Part shown: in pieces, positions 1-10,245 of the stretch | Layout of the letters: every line of letters begins with the position of its first letter | How positions within the stretch are numbered: the first letter of the stretch is position 1 | Assembly: GCA_965218585.1 (NCBI GenBank) | Contig: CBDCLE010000007.1 | Coordinates: forward strand, 1-64,000 | DNA: 64,000 bases | From: Terriglobia bacterium | GTDB lineage: Bacteria; Acidobacteriota; Terriglobia; 20CM-2-55-15 | Direction: 5' to 3' | Program-made: the position numbers and the translations under genes | The notes under the pieces: generated by a model | The model's input: only the letters and a program-made list of their open reading frames with translations | Database searches by the model: none | Told to the model about the DNA's origin: nothing

Positions 1-2
1 GC

Positions 3-923
3 GATCGGACGTTTTCGATCGCCCGGCTGTTTTTTACGTATGGGTTGGGTGTAAACCTGTTCTCCCCGTGGCATGTGGGTGCGAGTACCGTGCTGTGTTC
101 CCAGCCACCGCGCAAGGCCGCCAACGTTCTGGAAACCATCGGACGGTTCAAGCCTACATTCCTTTTCAATGTGCCGACGGGTTACGCGAGCATGCTGGCT
201 ATTGAGGACTTCAGCACCAAGTACGATCTGTCTTCGTTGCGACTGTGTGCAGCCGCAGGGGAAGCCTTGCCGGCGGCGCTCTGGGAATCCTGGAAGGAAA
301 AAACCGGAATGGAAATTGCCGAGGGTATGGGAACGACCGAGGCCTTCGCTCTTTTTCTGTCAAACAGCCCGGACGACATCAAACCTGGAACTATCGGGAA
401 AGTGGTCGAGGGGTTCGAAGCCAGGGTTGTGGATGAAGAGGGGAACGACGTTCCCCAGGGTGAGATTGGTGACCTGATCGTGAAGGGCGAGACGTTCGCT
501 CTCCTCTACCTGCACCAGTACCACAAGACACAGAATTCCTTCCGTGGGGAATGGCTTTTTACCGGCGACAAATTCTATGTCGATGAGGGCGGTTACTATC
601 ATTACGCCGGGCGGGTTGACGATATGCTCAAGGCGGGCGGCATATGGGTGTCACCGGTCGAGATCGAGCACACCTTGCGTGCTCACGAGGCCGTGTATGA
701 GTGTTGTGTAATGGGGCGGGCCGATGGCGACGGCTTGGTCAAGCCGAAGGCTTTCGTGTCGCTTCGCGATGGCTTTGCTGCCTCGGACGAACTCTCCGGC
801 GAGTTGATCGACCATTGTAAGACGAATATGGCGCCGTATAAGCGTCCGCGCTGGATCGAATTCATGGAAGAGCTGCCCAAGACCGCGACGGGTAAGATTC
901 AGCGTGCTGCCTTGCGAGAGTAG
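3..923 (+). CDS. Benzoate-CoA ligase family acyl-CoA synthetase (5'-partial, runs in from before the window)
   Basis: Frame open from base 3 (SIARLFFTYGLG); AMP-binding motifs AGEALP, GTTE, TGD, GRVDDMLK, PKTATGKIQR. Confidence 0.85.
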   Translation, partial: DRTFSIARLFFTYGLGVNLFSPWHVGASTVLCSQPPRKAANVLETIGRFKPTFLFNVPTGYASMLAIEDFSTKYDLSSLRLCAAAGEALPAALWESWKEKTGMEIAEGMGTTEAFALFLSNSPDDIKPGTIGKVVEGFEARVVDEEGNDVPQGEIGDLIVKGETFALLYLHQYHKTQNSFRGEWLFTGDKFYVDEGGYYHYAGRVDDMLKAGGIWVSPVEIEHTLRAHEAVYECCVMGRADGDGLVKPKAFVSLRDGFAASDELSGELIDHCKTNMAPYKRPRWIEFMEELPKTATGKIQRAALRE

Positions 924-949
924 TGCGCGGCACGAGAGCGTCGGACCGA

Positions 950-1372
950 CTAAAGAGCGCCCCAGCTGCTGACCTCTGTCGGTGTGACAACGATCAGGGG
1001 GCACTCCCCCAAGGGCATGTCTTCATATTGAGGATACTTGGCTTCCAATAGACGCACGCCTTCTCGGTGTGCCTCGCCGCTTTCAACAAACTTCCCGAGT
1101 CCTTTCACTAGAACCCAGGCCAGACGAGTCCAGTCCTCGTCGTAGCTGTCCACAACGATAGCGACCTGATCGTTGTCGAGCAGATTCCGGACGCGCTTTA
1201 ACCGGTTGGGCCGAACGCGTTTGGGTTTTTTGTCAAGGGGTGTATAGAGGCGTCGCCCGTCGGACGCAAAGACGATCGGGATGACGTGCGGTTTACCCGA
1301 AATATCGGCTGTTGCCAGTCTGGCTACGCGCATTCGCGCCAGGAATCGAGTCTGGACCTGGGTGAAGGTCAC
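950..1372 (-). CDS. PPOX-class probable F420-dependent oxidoreductase (Rv0121-like)
   Basis: RVARLATAD..GKPHVIPIVF, D.KPK, LKRVRNL, VD.YDEDW.RL.WV motifs; GTG start overlaps the cofD stop. Confidence 0.8.
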   Translation of the reverse strand: MTFTQVQTRFLARMRVARLATADISGKPHVIPIVFASDGRRLYTPLDKKPKRVRPNRLKRVRNLLDNDQVAIVVDSYDEDWTRLAWVLVKGLGKFVESGEAHREGVRLLEAKYPQYEDMPLGECPLIVVTPTEVSSWGAL

Positions 1373-2331
1373 CGGGTTGCCCCGCTCAAACGGTTCGCGA
1401 AGGCAAGAACGTCCCGTGCCAATTGAGTTCGATCGTCCATTGTCTTCATGACGGTGTTCGTTATTGAACACGCGACTCCCGCCTCCTCAATCGATTCGGC
1501 CAGTTCAGCGTCTGCCTTGTCTATGACGAATCCGTCAATAAGATCCCCGTAATGGCTGGCAACTGCCAGGGCAGAGACAGTGACTCCGAGTTCGGCCATG
1601 AGTTTGGCTGTTGGGCCTTTGAGTGCAGCGCCAGCCACGATCGGCGAAACTGCAATCGTGGGAGCAGGGGACCGTGCAATCGCATTCCGGACCCCGGGCA
1701 CGGCGAGAATCGGGTCAATGCTCAGATATGGATTTGACGGGCAGATGATAATCGAATCGAGCGTGTCCCGGGCAAGTAATTCGGAAAAGCGTGGCGTCAT
1801 CTCTGCAACATCGGCACCGGCGAAGCGCAGGGACTTGACTGCGGGCTCGCAGCGCGCACGTACGAAGTAATGCTGAAACTGCATGAGCCCCTGATCGGTT
1901 TCGACTTCCGTCCGGACGGGCTCCTCGCTCATGGGCAGGACTTCTGGACCGATACCCAGTTTTTCCGCGAGGGTACGCGTCGCCTCGCTGAGTGTAGCGC
2001 CCGCTTCGAGCAGTTCCCTTCGAACCAGATGTAGAGCAATATCCTTGTCGCCGAGCCGAAACCATGTTTCCCCTCCCAGCCTCCTCAGCAGCGACATGCA
2101 GGCCCAGGTTTCGGAGGCCCTCCCCCAGCCCGTTTTGGGGTTGTTGACGCCGGCCAGCGTATAGAGCAACGTGTCGACATCAGGGGAAATGTGCAACCCA
2201 AGGTGTTCGAAGTCGTCACCGGTGTTGGCTACGATCGTCAGTTTTTCAGGGGGTAGGACACGGGACAGACCGAGGGCAAGCTTGGCACCACCTACGCCGC
2301 CGGAAAGGGCGAGAGTGACACCCTCAGTCAT
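1369..2331 (-). CDS. cofD: 2-phospho-L-lactate transferase (F420 biosynthesis)
   Basis: LSGGVGGAKL, NTGDD, ISPDVDT, WFRLGDKD, FQHYFV, PSNPYLSIDPIL, KGPTAK motifs. Confidence 0.95.
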   Translation of the reverse strand: MTEGVTLALSGGVGGAKLALGLSRVLPPEKLTIVANTGDDFEHLGLHISPDVDTLLYTLAGVNNPKTGWGRASETWACMSLLRRLGGETWFRLGDKDIALHLVRRELLEAGATLSEATRTLAEKLGIGPEVLPMSEEPVRTEVETDQGLMQFQHYFVRARCEPAVKSLRFAGADVAEMTPRFSELLARDTLDSIIICPSNPYLSIDPILAVPGVRNAIARSPAPTIAVSPIVAGAALKGPTAKLMAELGVTVSALAVASHYGDLIDGFVIDKADAELAESIEEAGVACSITNTVMKTMDDRTQLARDVLAFANRLSGATR

Positions 2332-2410
2332 CGTAAACAGCTCCAGAGTCTGATCGCAAGGACACCAACTCTCATGCGGAACTTAGCTTCCTGTTAGGAA
2401 TAGAACTCTT

Positions 2411-2486
2411 AACACGAAGGCACGAAGGTCCACGAAGAATCCTTTGTCCGAACATTCAAACTTCGTTAGCTTCGTGTCTTCGCGTT
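2411..2486. repeat. REP-like palindrome with tandem CACGAAG / CTTCGTG arms
   Basis: aacacgaaggcacgaaggtccacgaag ... cttcgttagcttcgtgtcttcgcgtt in the intergenic space. Confidence 0.6.
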
Positions 2487-2517
2487 GAATTCTTCGATTG
2501 TTCGGCACGAGATAGGG

Positions 2518-4233
2518 TTAATCGACGGGAACCATTTCGGGATAGTCCGGTGTCCAGGTGGCTGCGGTGACTGCCTTTCGAGCTTCATCGGAGGACAGGG
2601 AGTTGCCGACTCCCTCTGCCCCGGCGGCATCGACGACTGCGACCGCAACCGCATTCGCTGCTTCCCCCATACGTGCTGTGCGCGGGAACAACATGCCACC
2701 CTGGCGCTCCTCTTCATTAACCGTGTCCACCAGTGCTCGAGCTGCGGCGGCAAGGATCTTTGGGGTCACTCGCTTGATTTCGCCGACCATCAGGCCGAGA
2801 CCCAGTCCCGGAAAGATAAACGCGTTATTGCCCTGGGCGATGTTCACTTTCTGACCTTTGAAGTTGACCGGATCAAACGGGCTTCCGGTCGCTACGAGGC
2901 AGCGACCGTCGGTCCAGGCCAGGAGGTCCTCGGGTATAGCTTCACAATTAGCGGTCGGGTTGGAAAGAGGCAGAATAACAGGGCGCTCGAAGTTTTTCGC
3001 CATCTCGCGAACTATTTCCTCGGTAAAGGACCCTGCGACTCCGGAAGTTCCGATCAGAACGCTTGGCTTGAAGTTGCGGACGACACCAGCCAGATCTCGC
3101 TGGGACACATCACCCAGACCGTTCGCTTCAGCGGTCGCGAGAGGCAAGGCCAGTTTTTCCTTGTAGGCTTCTCTCTGTTCAACGTCGTCCACGAGAAGAC
3201 CACGGCTGTCAAGAACCGCGATCGCTTGCCGGGCGGCTTCGGGAGTCGCGCCATCAGCGACCATCGCTGCACGGAGTTGCTCGGTAATTCCCAGTCCCGC
3301 TGCCCCTGCTCCATAAATAACGATCCGTTGATCCGATATACGTTGTTTCAGGGTTGTCGCTGCAGACATTGCGGCCGCCACCGTGATAGCGCCTGTGCCC
3401 TGGATGTCGTCGTTAAACGATGCGACACGGCCGTCATACCGGTTGAGGACTGCAAGAGCGTTGTCCTTCCGGAAATCTTCCCACTGTAGGACCGCTCCCG
3501 GAAAAACTTCGCTGACAGCCTCGACAAACTCGTCGAGTAATTCAAAGTACGCCTCACCGCCCAGACGCGGATGGCGATAACCCAGGTACGCATCATCGTT
3601 CAGAAGCTCTTCGTTGTTCGTGCCCACATCGAGACTGACCGGAAGTGTTTGAGCCGGATGAATCCCTGCCGCTGCACAGTAGATCGAAAGCTTGCCGATG
3701 CAGATTGCGATCCCGCCCGCGCCCTGATCGCCGATCCCCAGGATCGCTTCGTTGTCTGTGGCGACGATCAATCGCACATTGCTGAACTTAGCAGCCTGGC
3801 GCAACACGGACGCGATCCGGCCGCTATGTTGCGGGGTGATGAAGATTCCCCGTTGCCGCCGGAAGATATGACTGTAACGCTGGGTGGCCTTCCCCACCGT
3901 GGGGGTGTAAACGATCGGTAGAAATTCTTCCAGGTTGTCACTCAGCACGCGAAAGAACAGGTGTTCGTTTCTATCCTGAAGGGCTGCCAATTCCAGATAC
4001 TTGTCCAGGGGGTCTGTGCGGGCGTCCAGAATGCTGCGGATCCGTTTGACCTGTTCCGCCATTGTCTTCTGTGTGGCTGGCAGGACGCCGTCCAGACCGA
4101 ACTGTTCCCGCTCCCGGGCTGTGAACGCAGATCCTTTGTTAAGCAACGGCTCGGTATAGAGCGCGAGTCCCCTTAAGGGGACTTCAACAACGTGGTGACC
4201 GTCAGTTTCTCTTTTAAATCTAAGAAAATGCAT
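2518..4233 (-). CDS. maeA: NAD-dependent malic enzyme (SfcA/MaeA type)
   Basis: LNKGSAFT, PIVYTPTVG, ILGIGDQG, FNDDIQGTG, GAGAAG, PLSNPT, QGNNAFIFPG. Confidence 0.9.
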   Translation of the reverse strand: MHFLRFKRETDGHHVVEVPLRGLALYTEPLLNKGSAFTAREREQFGLDGVLPATQKTMAEQVKRIRSILDARTDPLDKYLELAALQDRNEHLFFRVLSDNLEEFLPIVYTPTVGKATQRYSHIFRRQRGIFITPQHSGRIASVLRQAAKFSNVRLIVATDNEAILGIGDQGAGGIAICIGKLSIYCAAAGIHPAQTLPVSLDVGTNNEELLNDDAYLGYRHPRLGGEAYFELLDEFVEAVSEVFPGAVLQWEDFRKDNALAVLNRYDGRVASFNDDIQGTGAITVAAAMSAATTLKQRISDQRIVIYGAGAAGLGITEQLRAAMVADGATPEAARQAIAVLDSRGLLVDDVEQREAYKEKLALPLATAEANGLGDVSQRDLAGVVRNFKPSVLIGTSGVAGSFTEEIVREMAKNFERPVILPLSNPTANCEAIPEDLLAWTDGRCLVATGSPFDPVNFKGQKVNIAQGNNAFIFPGLGLGLMVGEIKRVTPKILAAAARALVDTVNEEERQGGMLFPRTARMGEAANAVAVAVVDAAGAEGVGNSLSSDEARKAVTAATWTPDYPEMVPVD

Positions 4234-4615
4234 AATCTCTCACAATCTGACTCCCTGAGTCGCGCGCAGGTTCGACACTGCCGTTTTATGTTACCCGAGG
4301 GTTGCCGCGTGGGACCGAGGGACAGGGATAGAGTTCCCTGTCAAGGGTGAATATCTCGCGTGGATCGTAGTCAAAAAGCAGTATAGCCGAATCCAATCCT
4401 GCAAACAAATTCCCCCGATGTCTCGTGTCGCCGACTGGATTGCCGGCACTCACGGAAATCGGATGGAGGGCTATGGATACGTCTCCAACTGGTAGTACAA
4501 TGGGTGCCGATAAGCCACATCAAGAGTGTGACAGGCGGATACTGCCGGCGGCAGGACGACTCGACCCGTCGGTTCCCAGACAGGATTTGAAAGGGAATAC
4601 CGAGGCGAACATCGC

Positions 4616-5980
4616 ATGTTCTATTTTCTGTTCATATTGATTCTGGGCTACACGATCTTTACGTACATGTTTACATGGGCCTGCTACGTGGAGAACGTGC
4701 ACAGGGCCTGGAAGCTGGGCCTGGTCCAGGCCATCGCGATGACGATCGGCCTGGGAGCCTATGCGTGGGCATGGAACGCGGGTTTTCTTTCAAGCGGCAT
4801 AGCCGAATCTGCCCAGATGATCGTCTTCGTAGGCGGGAGCGTCTTTACTGTGGCGCTGTTCCTCCCCATCGGCCGCCGGCCCCACGTCCTGGCTGGAACG
4901 GCTGGGATGAAGCGGGGCGAAGGGGAGCAGTTCAATCAGAAAGACACGGCGTTCAACGTGGCCCATGTCGGGGGCTACGGGGCCGAGGCTGGAAGGCGCC
5001 GGTGGAATTTATTGAAGCGCGATCCGTTTGGTGGTCAATTCTGGGGAATGACCATGAGTTTGAGACCCCAGGTCGACGGGAAGATGAATCCGGAGAAAAA
5101 AGCGTATCGGGGCCTGAAGGAGGCTACGAAGGACATAAAAGCTCAGGTCAAGTACCTCGGCGCCGACATCGTCGGTATAACCACCGTAAAGCAGGACTTC
5201 GTCTACAGCGAAGCTTTTTCCTACGAGGAGTCCAAGGTGGAGACGGGACCGGCCGTAACCACTCCTATCGATCTGAAACACAAGTACATCATTGTGTTCG
5301 GCAAGGAAATGGATTTCCACAAGATCGACACGACCGTTACGCCTCGCAACGAAGACAGTGTGGGTGAAATCGGAAAAACGTACTATGAGCTTGCCCAGAT
5401 ATCCGTTACGTTGGCGGCCTATATCAGGCAGTTGGGATATCCGGCACAGGCGCACCACCTGCGTAACGAACAGATCGCGCTTGTGCCCCACGCCGTGGAC
5501 GCCGGCCTCGGTGAAGAGGGCAGGCACACCTACCTGATCACGCCCAAATTTGGGCCGCGTGTCCGGCTGGCAGCTGTGACGACAGACCTTGAGCTTCTCG
5601 AAGACAAGCCCGTGGACATTGGTGTCGAGCACTTCTGCGAAATCTGCCGCCTCTGTGAAACCAACTGTCCGCCGCAGGCGTTGTCCCCTGAGAAGAAGGT
5701 GATTCGCGGTTATCGAAAATGGCCCCAGGACATGGCGTCATGCTTCAAGTTCTGGGTGTCGGGGTTCAACACATGGTCCTGTACGCTGTGCCTGAAGGTC
5801 TGCCCGTGGAACAAGCCGAACAGCCTCGTTCATAAGGTGAGTTTTTACGCCGCCACCAAGTCATGGTTGTCCCGATGGATGCTCTATCTGATGACCGTCA
5901 TTTTCTGGGGACCGAAAACTCCGTGGCAGAGAATTGCTGAGAAAGGCGTGAAGATCGAATCGGCCATCAAGGTGAAGTAA
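4616..5980 (+). CDS. Reductive dehalogenase-like (RdhA/QueG superfamily) protein with N-terminal transmembrane helices
   Basis: Three hydrophobic N-terminal segments; YLGADIVGI, LAAYIRQLGYPAQAH, AVDAGLGE.GR, P.FGPRVRLAAVTTDL; Fe-S motifs CEICRLCETNCP and C..FW...SCTLCLKVCPWNKP. Confidence 0.8.
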   Translation: MFYFLFILILGYTIFTYMFTWACYVENVHRAWKLGLVQAIAMTIGLGAYAWAWNAGFLSSGIAESAQMIVFVGGSVFTVALFLPIGRRPHVLAGTAGMKRGEGEQFNQKDTAFNVAHVGGYGAEAGRRRWNLLKRDPFGGQFWGMTMSLRPQVDGKMNPEKKAYRGLKEATKDIKAQVKYLGADIVGITTVKQDFVYSEAFSYEESKVETGPAVTTPIDLKHKYIIVFGKEMDFHKIDTTVTPRNEDSVGEIGKTYYELAQISVTLAAYIRQLGYPAQAHHLRNEQIALVPHAVDAGLGEEGRHTYLITPKFGPRVRLAAVTTDLELLEDKPVDIGVEHFCEICRLCETNCPPQALSPEKKVIRGYRKWPQDMASCFKFWVSGFNTWSCTLCLKVCPWNKPNSLVHKVSFYAATKSWLSRWMLYLMTVIFWGPKTPWQRIAEKGVKIESAIKVK

Positions 5981-6014
5981 GGCCTGGTGGCCGGTTAACC
6001 GAGCGTCTTCTTTC

Positions 6015-6683
6015 TTATTCACCCAATACCCGCTGGAACCATCGGCCGATGTCGTCTACTTCTTCGGGAGAGACCGAGTGGGGCATGGGGTACTCATGCC
6101 ACTCGACGGGGTACCCCATTTTCCCCAAGAGTTCGCTGGACTTGCGTGCATACGCAATCGGCACGGTGGGATCGTAGGTCCCATGCCCCATGAAGATGGG
6201 TACATCCCGATTCGCCTCGCTCGCCTCTGCGGCGAGCGAGGGCGCTATGGGGAGATAAGCTGAAAGTACGAGGATCCCTCCCAGTCGCTTCCCATGGCGC
6301 AGGCCGGTCTGAAGCGAGATCGCACCACCCTGAGAGAAGCCGGCGAGAACGATGTGGTCGGCCTGTATTCCCCTTTCTTCCTCGCGTCCGATAAGGTTTT
6401 CAACCAACTGCTGGGATCCACGCAGTCCGTCCTCGTCCTCCTGGCCTCCGAACTCGAGGCCCAGAATGTCGTACCACGCGCGCATGACATAGCCACCGTT
6501 GATTGTGACCGGTCGTGTCGGTGCATGGGGGAAGACGAATCGAATCGGTACTGGAGGCAGTTCCAGCGTCTCTACGATTGGCGGGAAATCGTGACCGTCG
6601 GCTCCAAGGCCGTGCATCCAGATCACGCTGGTTGTGGGATTCGGTGCAATTTCCAGTTCAACAGCTTCAAGAATCTCTTTCAT
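6015..6683 (-). CDS. Phospholipase/carboxylesterase (alpha/beta hydrolase)
   Basis: HGLGADG, MRAWYDI, GFSQG nucleophile, HG..D, HSV. Confidence 0.9.
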   Translation of the reverse strand: MKEILEAVELEIAPNPTTSVIWMHGLGADGHDFPPIVETLELPPVPIRFVFPHAPTRPVTINGGYVMRAWYDILGLEFGGQEDEDGLRGSQQLVENLIGREEERGIQADHIVLAGFSQGGAISLQTGLRHGKRLGGILVLSAYLPIAPSLAAEASEANRDVPIFMGHGTYDPTVPIAYARKSSELLGKMGYPVEWHEYPMPHSVSPEEVDDIGRWFQRVLGE

Positions 6684-6774
6684 GTTGCTCTGGGCAATCG
6701 GTCATCAACTATCGGCTGTCAGCCGAAGGACGTCCTGCTTTTTGGAGCCGAAAGCCGAAAGCTGACGGCTTATC

Positions 6775-7845
6775 TTATGCGTCGATTCGGAGCAACCTGA
6801 TTAGATTGCCGCCAAGAATGGCTCTCTTGTCGGCGTTACTGAGGGATGGAGATTCGGCGATCACGTCGATCATGTCGGGCCAGTTGTAAGGGATATCCGA
6901 TCCATACACCACCTGACTCGATCCCGTCTCGGCAACGAGATGACGTAGGCCTTCTTCGTCAAAAACCACGGAGTCGACAATAATCTGATCCCTCAGATAT
7001 TCGCTGGGATCCTTCTGGTTCGCACAATTTGCATTGGATCTTATAGCGCAGGCGACGTCCGATCGGCCGATGTATGACGGCAGGTATCCTCCGCCATGCG
7101 CACCGCAAATCTTCAACCCGGGAAACCGGTCCAAGACTCCATCGAAGATCATGTGAGAAAGGAATACGGTCGTCTCCAGGGGATTCCCGATGATGTTGCC
7201 TAGGTCGCCACGCCCGGCGAGCGCATCCTCGCGAACGATGTTCAATGCGTTGTTGGGATGCATGAACACGGGCACGTCGAGTTCCTCGGCCATGGCCCAG
7301 AACGGATCGTATTTTTCTGACGTCGGTTGTTCGCCCGCTGCGTGGCCCCCGATCGATGCACCTCGAAGTCCGAGCTCGTTTACCGCGTATTCCAACTGTT
7401 CGGCGGCCAGGTCCGGATACTGAAGCGCAACCGAAGTCAAGCCAACGAATCGGTCCGGATACCTGTTGCACCATTCCGAGAGACCCTCGTCGTGAATCCT
7501 CACGATCTGGGTGGCGAGCCCGCGCTCCGCTGTGTACCACCAGAACTGATTTACGCTGAGAACCTGAATATCGATTCCGCGCTCGTCCATCAGCTCAAAA
7601 CGATGCGGCCCCAGTGGTAACAGATCAGGTAAACCGACACCCGCAGGCGTTGCGTCAGGGAGCCTTTCCTCGAGTTCTTCGAGAAAGACGCAGTGCGCAT
7701 GAATGTCCACGACGATCGCATCCTGGCCATCGACCCTCACGTCGCGAGAGGACTGGCCCCGAGCATCAATCCCGCGGCCGAAAAACAGCGCTCCCGCCCC
7801 TACGCTACCCAGAATTCTCAGAAAGTCTCTACGATTGGCTGGCAT
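6775..7845 (-). CDS. Tat-exported amidohydrolase family protein (Amidohydro_2, ACMSD-like)
   Basis: NRRDFLR twin-arginine signal; DIHAH, FMHP, HGGG, GSD.PY metal motifs. Confidence 0.85.
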   Translation of the reverse strand: MPANRRDFLRILGSVGAGALFFGRGIDARGQSSRDVRVDGQDAIVVDIHAHCVFLEELEERLPDATPAGVGLPDLLPLGPHRFELMDERGIDIQVLSVNQFWWYTAERGLATQIVRIHDEGLSEWCNRYPDRFVGLTSVALQYPDLAAEQLEYAVNELGLRGASIGGHAAGEQPTSEKYDPFWAMAEELDVPVFMHPNNALNIVREDALAGRGDLGNIIGNPLETTVFLSHMIFDGVLDRFPGLKICGAHGGGYLPSYIGRSDVACAIRSNANCANQKDPSEYLRDQIIVDSVVFDEEGLRHLVAETGSSQVVYGSDIPYNWPDMIDVIAESPSLSNADKRAILGGNLIRLLRIDA

Positions 7846-8631
7846 CTTGTCCCCTTTGCTTTGCGGTTTTCCCGTGCGCAGCAATTGTGTTCGAGGAATG
7901 CTGCTACGAGGGTCCCTATTCTACATTCGGCGAGTATCTCTTCTGAAGGATTTTGAAAGTAAGCCGGTTGGACACCTTGATAAAGAACTGTCGCATCTAA
8001 GTAGGGTGGGATATGGCTGACTGGTCACGGAGGCAGGATTGCTGACAACGTTAAAAAGCCTCGGCGGATCGCTATGCGGCGGATGGGGTGGACAGTGTTG
8101 GCTTGTACCGGCACTTCATCGACGTTGTGTGGGTCTTTCTCTTCGCGTTTTTCTGTCTGCTTTAGCCCGTGCGCAGACGCTCGTTCCGGGCCGCCTCCAA
8201 TTCTTCGAGCGATGCCGGCCAATCTGATTTGAGAAGACGGGAGAGGGCCCGGTCCCTCAGCATCTTGCCTCCAGTCTGGCAAGTGGGGCAGTAGTTTGTT
8301 TCGTTGTCCTTGTAGACAATCCGTTGCACGGGGGATCCACAGGCCGGACAAGGTTCGCGATATTTGCCGTGCACAGCCATTTCAGGGCGAAACGCCGTAA
8401 CCTTATCCGGAAATCCGGATCCAGTTTGATCGCGTAGCCGTTCGATCCATTGCTCGAGCGTTTTTCGTGTGGCCGTGAAGAGCCGTTGGATTTCGTCGGA
8501 CTCGAGGCTTTGAGTCAGTTTGAAGGGTGAGAGCCGGGCACCATGGAGGATCTCATCCGAGTATGCATTGCCGATCCCGCTGAAGCTTGCCGGATCGCAT
8601 AACGCGCGCTTGACGGTGTGGTTGCCGCGTG

Positions 8632-9996
8632 GAGGTCATTACAAAAGGTGTGTAAAAGTCATCAGGCGGCGGCCTTCGATTTCATCACGACCCTGATGCC
8701 GTCAGCGAATTGCTGACCATCATAGACCTCTTGTAAGAGTTCGGATCCTTTTAAGTGTCGCCAAGCCTTCTCAGCGACACGTAGTAGCTTCCAGATTATT
8801 GCCGTTGCATTCTCGACACGCTTGAATCGGCGAGCGGCGTTGGTGCGGAGGCGAACCATGTCGAAGGGCGATTCGACGATGTTGGTTGTTCTCAGATGCA
8901 CCCAGTGTTGTTTCGGGAACTCATAGAAAGTAATCATCCGGTCCCAGTCCCGCAACAGCGTCTCACCCGCTTTGGGATAGTTCTTCTCATATCGGCGGAC
9001 GAACTGATCCCGCTTTCGTTCGCAGGCCGCGCGGGAGTTCGCGAAGGCCATCCCATGAAGCAGCTGTCTGGCCGCGGGCTGCTCGGTCTTCGGCAGATGA
9101 TCGACCACGTTGATCGACTTGTGGTTCCAGCAGCGTTGTTCCTGGCCCTGGGGCTGTTGCTCGGCCAGCGCGGACCAGATGCCCAGGTGACCGTCCGCGA
9201 CAGTCAGCCGTCCCAGCTTCAGGCCCCGTCTCTGGAGATTGCGCAGAATGCGGCTCCAGGACTCCTTGCTTTCCCGCTGCCCGCTCTCACAGGCCAACAG
9301 CACTTTGCGCCCGTCTGACAAGGCTCCGATGATCACCAGCAATGCCGCTCGCTCTTTCGCGATCCCCGCTTTCACGTACAAGCCGTCTGCCCACTGGTAC
9401 ACGACCTCGAGGCCGGACAGGTCCTGCTGGACCCACTCGTCATACTCCAACTGCCAGGTCGATTTCAGTCGTTGGATCGATGCTCGCGACAACGGAGCGC
9501 CAGCGCCAAGCAGTCCGCGCATGGCCTGCTCGAAGTCCCCTGTGGCCAGACCGTGGAGGTAGAGATCGGGAAGTAGCTCGCCCAGCTGTTTCGATTTCCG
9601 TCGAAAATACGGCAGGATCTGACTCTCGAACCGCTCGGCGGTGTTTCGAACCCGAGGTCGTCGAACCTCCATCGTACCGTTCATCATTGCGAAGCGTCGC
9701 GGTTTCCCGTGACCGTTCCGGTATCCTCGTCGATTCGGACTCCGCTCCGACTTTTCCCGACCCAGAAATTGAGTGACTTCGTCCTCGAGCAGCTCCTGTA
9801 GCCAGACTTGGACCCGGGATCGCGCCCAGTCCTCCAAACCTTCATACGCGTTCGTTGACGCCACTGATGCCGGTATGTTCTTCTTCTTCATGGGTGGTGT
9901 ACCTTTCTCCCGATTGCTGCCGGGATTGCTTACGGTTTCGAATTCACCGAAAGCGTACACCGCCTTCTCTTTTTACACACCGATTGGAACGACCTC
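8632..9996 (-). mobile_element. IS256-family insertion sequence
   Basis: Imperfect ~27-bp IRs gaggtcattacaaaaggtgtgtaaaag / gaggtcgttccaatcggtgtgtaaaaa; 8-bp flanks gccgcgtg / ggcgcgtg. Confidence 0.9.
8662..9891 (-). CDS. IS256-family (mutator-type) transposase
   Basis: GYRNGH, RPRVR, W.DG, ADG.LG, QRCWNHK, LRTTNIVES motifs. Confidence 0.92.
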   Translation of the reverse strand: MKKKNIPASVASTNAYEGLEDWARSRVQVWLQELLEDEVTQFLGREKSERSPNRRGYRNGHGKPRRFAMMNGTMEVRRPRVRNTAERFESQILPYFRRKSKQLGELLPDLYLHGLATGDFEQAMRGLLGAGAPLSRASIQRLKSTWQLEYDEWVQQDLSGLEVVYQWADGLYVKAGIAKERAALLVIIGALSDGRKVLLACESGQRESKESWSRILRNLQRRGLKLGRLTVADGHLGIWSALAEQQPQGQEQRCWNHKSINVVDHLPKTEQPAARQLLHGMAFANSRAACERKRDQFVRRYEKNYPKAGETLLRDWDRMITFYEFPKQHWVHLRTTNIVESPFDMVRLRTNAARRFKRVENATAIIWKLLRVAEKAWRHLKGSELLQEVYDGQQFADGIRVVMKSKAAA

Positions 9997-10245
9997 GGCG
10001 CGTGTGAGTCGTTCGCTAAAGTCTTCGAGCGAACACCGGAACACTTCGAGTCCACCACGGTCGTGAAGCTCGAGTTCTGAGATTCCGTGGACTGCATGGA
10101 GCGACGCCCGTCGCTTGCTGCCGGCCTCGGTCAGAAGAAGAGAGCCGCTCTCAAAATCGAAAGCCGCCAGGCCGATCTTACCGGTCAATCCGGCACCCTT
10201 CTTCTTCCAACGCAATCGTCCCGCGATCATCAGATGGAGGACTAG

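Noticed and set aside
4234-4615. Cobalamin riboswitch upstream of the dehalogenase-like gene
   Set aside because: Could not find the B12-box or the conserved core by eye
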